64,000 nucleotides of DNA from an uncultured Actinomycetes bacterium (GTDB lineage Bacteria; Actinomycetota; Thermoleophilia; Gaiellales; Gaiellaceae), in assembly GCA_963816605.1 (NCBI GenBank), contig CAWFLF010000013.1, positions 8,347 through 72,346 of the forward strand, given 5' to 3'. Both the position numbers and the translations under genes were made by a program. Below the pieces are notes generated by a model. It had not been told where the DNA came from, did not search any database, and saw nothing but the letters and a program-made list of their open reading frames with translations. Shown in pieces: positions 61,131 to 64,000 of this stretch (positions are counted from its first letter, which is position 1; each line of letters starts with the position of its first letter).

Positions 61131-63695
61131 TTAGGCGGCGGGCGTTTCAGCGGATGCCGGCTTGGCCTGGGGGGCGGGCTTCTTCCTGGGCCGCGGTTTC
61201 GGCTTCTTCTCCTCCGCGGGCTCGGTTTGCTGTTGCTGCCCCTGTGGTGCCGGTGCCTGCTGTGCCTGCGCTTGTTGCTGCTGTTGTTGTTGCTGCGGCT
61301 GTGTGCCGCCCTTCTTGCGCTTGCGTCGCTTGCGGCGCCGGGAACGTCCCGACGTGACCTTCGGCTGCGGAAGATTCTCTGCGAGGGCGCCGGCGACTTC
61401 CTGCACCGTGCCGAGACGCTCGCGCGCCGCCTCGATCAACTGCGTCGCGCGCGGCGTGTAGCCCTCGGCGGACGCCAGCAAGGCCGCACCGACTGCAACC
61501 GGCAGCTCGAGGGCCGCATTGACCAGCTTCGCCGCGTTCTCCTCGTGTCGGTGACCGCGGGAGTTCGCCAGTGCGCCCAGCAGCCGTTTCGCCTCCGGGA
61601 ACTCCGCACTCGCGCGGCGGTCCTGCACCTTGCGCGACGCTCGCGCGAGACGCCAGGTCCAACGCTCCAGGATCTGGTCCGGTGCGTCGGCCTTGCCCTC
61701 TGCGATCGCGCGCAGCATGACGCGGACACCGCCCATACGGTCCTTCTCCCAGGTCGGCGCCTGCGTGACCAGCGTGACGAGATCGTCGAAGTCGGCGCGC
61801 TCGACCGTCATCGACACGCGGTCGGAGAGGGCGATGATGCGGAGGCGGCGGTTCGGGTTCTCCGCAGCGCATGTGGCGAGGAATTGTTCGAGACAGGCCT
61901 TCGATGCGCCGCGTGCCGTCAGCTTCTCCACGAATGCGGCGCGTTCGTCGAAGCGGATCTGGCGGCCGGCGATCGTCGCCCAGTAGCGCTGCTCGTCCTC
62001 GTCGAGGTACTTCGGGTCGACTCGTTGCCACTCGCGTGTGATCACGGCGAGCCGGCGACGCACATCGGGGGTGACCGGAACGAGCCACGGCGCCGGAGTG
62101 AGCTTGCGGCGCGCCCGCCGCTGAACTCTGCGTCGCGGCGCCGGCGTCACACGTGCGCCCTCGCGGTAGAAGTCGGCGTCGAGCAGCGAGTGCAAAGAGA
62201 TCACGCGCTCGTTGTGTGTCGCCGCCTTCGGGACGAAGTCGATGACGATCCCGGCCTCCTTGCGCGGATGCGTGCGCATGATCCGGCCGATCCGCTGCTG
62301 ATAGACGCGTCGCGACGCTGTCGGCGCGAGATGCATGCAGATCGTCGCGCGCGGAGAGTTCCAGCCTTCGGCGAGCAGCATGGCGTTGATGAGGACGTTG
62401 ATCTCGCCGCGCTCGTAGGCGGCCAGCGTCTCTGCGAGCCGCACAGGCGGAGTGCGGCCGGAGACGGCCTCGGCCTTGAGGCCCACGGCGCGGAATTCCT
62501 TGGCCAGGTTGTACGCATGGTCGACACCCGCCGCGTAGACGATGCCCGGCGTATTGTCGAAGCGCTCGCGATAGAGAGACGCGGCCGCCTGGTTCAGCGC
62601 CTGGTGGTCGAGTGTCTTCGCCAGCACCTCCTGGTCGAAGTCGCCGCCTACGATCGGCACCTGATTGATGGCGGCAACCGGCGGGACGCGCAGGTCGCGC
62701 AGAGGTGCGATCAGCCCGCGCCGCGCGGCGTCCTGCAGCGGCAGATCGTCCACCGACGCAGGGAACACATCAGACACCTGCTTCGCAATCAGCTGTTCCG
62801 TCGCCGTCATGCCGATGTAGAGCGGCTCCGGGAACGAGCGGATCGCTGCGCTCGTCTTTTCGCCCAGTGCGGTGTGTGCTTCGTCGCAGATGATGAGCTG
62901 GTACGCCTCGCGTGAGATCGAGTCGTGGTGCCGCGCGAACCAGGCGTAGGTCTGGATGGTGAGGGGGCTGGTGTCGCCGAGCAGCGGTTCCTTGCCGCGC
63001 TCGACGGCGGGGGCGAAGCGGTCGCTGTATCCCTCGTCGGTGAGATCGCGCTGGAACTGCGAGACGAGCAGGCGGCGATGCGTGAGGATCAAGACGCCCA
63101 ACGAGCGCGCCGCTTCCACGAATCCGGCCGCGGCGATCGTCTTGCCGGACGCGGTCGGATGGCGGAACCGATAGCGGCGGGCCGCACCAGGGTCGGGGCC
63201 CGTGTACTGCTCGTCATCTTCGACTTCCTCGTCGAGAACATCCTCGACGGAGTCCTCCACCGGCTCATCCTCGTCTTCCGCTTCAGCTTCGACGACCTCT
63301 GCGGCGACGGCGCCGTTTCCGTTCGGCTCCGCTTCTTTCTCGTGTGCCGCGATCAGCTCGGTGAGCATGCCGGCGAGCGCGTCGATCTGGTGGCGGCGCA
63401 GCTCGGTGCCGGATGCGAGGTGCGGTTTGTCCTCGGCGAGCACGCGTTCGAGCCCGAGCATGAGGCCGTACCCGACTTTCCAGCCGGATGATGGCGTGCG
63501 GCGTCCTCCCTCGATCTCTGCGAGGGCGTCATCGAGTGCGCGCCGCCTGGAGGTGGCAGGCGCCAGGACCTTGGCGGGATCCTCGCCCTCACGAATGAAA
63601 GGCTCGCCCGCCCAGGCTTCGGCTCGGAGGGCGTCGGCCATCAGGCCGTCCGTCGCCTCCGACGCTGTAGTCGGCTGCTCTTTGATCTCCTGCAT
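61131..63695 (-). CDS. SF2 (DEAD/DEAH, type-III-restriction-Res-like) helicase with an acidic insert, an uncharacterised ~340-aa C-terminal region and a basic/poly-Q tail
   Basis: Trimmed to Met55 of track ORF 61131-63857. HPTASGKT (motif I), ICDEAH (II), MTAT (III), QRIGRIMR (VI). Confidence 0.8.
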   Translation of the reverse strand: MQEIKEQPTTASEATDGLMADALRAEAWAGEPFIREGEDPAKVLAPATSRRRALDDALAEIEGGRRTPSSGWKVGYGLMLGLERVLAEDKPHLASGTELRRHQIDALAGMLTELIAAHEKEAEPNGNGAVAAEVVEAEAEDEDEPVEDSVEDVLDEEVEDDEQYTGPDPGAARRYRFRHPTASGKTIAAAGFVEAARSLGVLILTHRRLLVSQFQRDLTDEGYSDRFAPAVERGKEPLLGDTSPLTIQTYAWFARHHDSISREAYQLIICDEAHTALGEKTSAAIRSFPEPLYIGMTATEQLIAKQVSDVFPASVDDLPLQDAARRGLIAPLRDLRVPPVAAINQVPIVGGDFDQEVLAKTLDHQALNQAAASLYRERFDNTPGIVYAAGVDHAYNLAKEFRAVGLKAEAVSGRTPPVRLAETLAAYERGEINVLINAMLLAEGWNSPRATICMHLAPTASRRVYQQRIGRIMRTHPRKEAGIVIDFVPKAATHNERVISLHSLLDADFYREGARVTPAPRRRVQRRARRKLTPAPWLVPVTPDVRRRLAVITREWQRVDPKYLDEDEQRYWATIAGRQIRFDERAAFVEKLTARGASKACLEQFLATCAAENPNRRLRIIALSDRVSMTVERADFDDLVTLVTQAPTWEKDRMGGVRVMLRAIAEGKADAPDQILERWTWRLARASRKVQDRRASAEFPEAKRLLGALANSRGHRHEENAAKLVNAALELPVAVGAALLASAEGYTPRATQLIEAARERLGTVQEVAGALAENLPQPKVTSGRSRRRKRRKRKKGGTQPQQQQQQQQAQAQQAPAPQGQQQQTEPAEEKKPKPRPRKKPAPQAKPASAETPAA
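61227..61301 (-). repeat. CAG/CAA-rich low-complexity tract encoding QPQQQQQQQQAQAQQAPAPQGQQQQ
   Basis: Coordinates derived from codon counting back from the stop at 61131. Confidence 0.8.
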
Positions 63696-63721
63696 GGACG
63701 CAGCGTCTGAATGCGCTGCAC

Positions 63722-63764
63722 TTGTAAGAAAAGGCGACCCCGCGAATCCCCAAGGCGGGGGTCG
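63722..63764 (-). terminator. Intrinsic terminator for the partial gene at the right edge
   Basis: The minus strand reads CGACCCCCGC-cttggggattc-GCGGGGTCG (one bulged C) followed by CCUUUUCUUA, about 25 nt after the stop at 63790-63792. Confidence 0.6.
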
Positions 63765-63789
63765 TAGATCCAGTATATCGACTGATCCC

Positions 63790-64000
63790 CTAGGTGCCGA
63801 GACCCCCGAAGACGGCAAAGGGGTTCTGGGGCTGCACCTCGTAGACCAGCTCGCCACCCGGCTCGACCTCGCCGTGGACCCTGCGGGCGAGCTCGGCGGC
63901 CTCCTCGCGGGTGCGTGTGCCCGCGATCACGTACGTGAAGGTCCGGGAGACGTCGTAGCCCTCGCCGCGGAGCTGCTCGGCAAGGTCGTCGGCCTCGCGG
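63790..64000 (-). CDS. Hypothetical protein, C-terminal 69 codons only (N-terminus beyond the window)
   Basis: Not in the track because it is open at the edge. My translation: ...EADDLAEQLRGEGYDVSRTFTYVIAGTRTREEAAELARRVHGEVEPGGELVYEVQPQNPFAVFGGLGT*. No stops, high GC3, and a terminator follows. Confidence 0.5.
   Translation of the reverse strand, partial: READDLAEQLRGEGYDVSRTFTYVIAGTRTREEAAELARRVHGEVEPGGELVYEVQPQNPFAVFGGLGT

Overview
Very GC-rich (about 70% by eye, not computed), gene-dense chromosomal segment with about 75 protein genes. It looks Actinomycetota-like: it carries DipZ, a PAC2 proteasome-chaperone-like protein, DUF3052, RsrA-type ZAS anti-sigma factors, many GTG/TTG starts and many 4-nt start/stop overlaps. 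All family calls come from motif recognition in the supplied translations or my own translation; no searches were run. Where the track ORF over-extends upstream, I trimmed the start by codon counting from the ORF ends.

Most of the content is housekeeping or metabolic:
- CapA-like protein (partial, at the left edge)
- class-III aminotransferase
- ABC-2 exporter
- secreted metzincin
- PhzF-like isomerase
- PfkB kinase plus NCS1 permease
- aconitase
- sulfate ABC importer cysPTWA
- Rrf2 regulator
- HtrA-like protease
- a Moco oxidoreductase / FAD reductase / DUF6510 trio
- two ECF-sigma/ZAS anti-sigma pairs flanking a GCS2 ligase
- a xanthine-dehydrogenase-family Mo-hydroxylase operon with an amidohydrolase and MocA
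- PepP-like M24 peptidase
- two Acs-like ligases
- M16 and M20 peptidases
- MscS, ClpS, OsmC, Mug and NadE
- MFS exporter
- selD with an archaeal-type NMNAT-like gene (frameshifted) and an ApgM-like gene
- CtaA, PAC2, DipZ and a large SF2 helicase

I saw no rRNA, tRNA, CRISPR array, transposase or integrase.

The most interesting locus is 50.87-53.85 kb:
- A candidate ~170-nt sRNA on the minus strand has a near-consensus promoter (TTGACA-17-TAGAGT) and an intrinsic terminator.
- It is divergent from an XRE-HTH/TPR regulator.
- That regulator is followed directly by an ORF of 36 aa, absent from the track, with a strong Shine-Dalgarno and a signal-peptide-like shape. This is an RRNPP-like receptor/propeptide layout, unusual for a high-GC genome.

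Other points:
- Two conserved genes (CoxS-like and PAC2) have no ATG/GTG/TTG able to cover their conserved N-termini.
- A selD/NMNAT-like/ApgM-like gene trio is translationally coupled.
- Twin palindromes lie in a convergent intergenic gap.
- A promoter-plus-operator sits in front of the sulfate operon.
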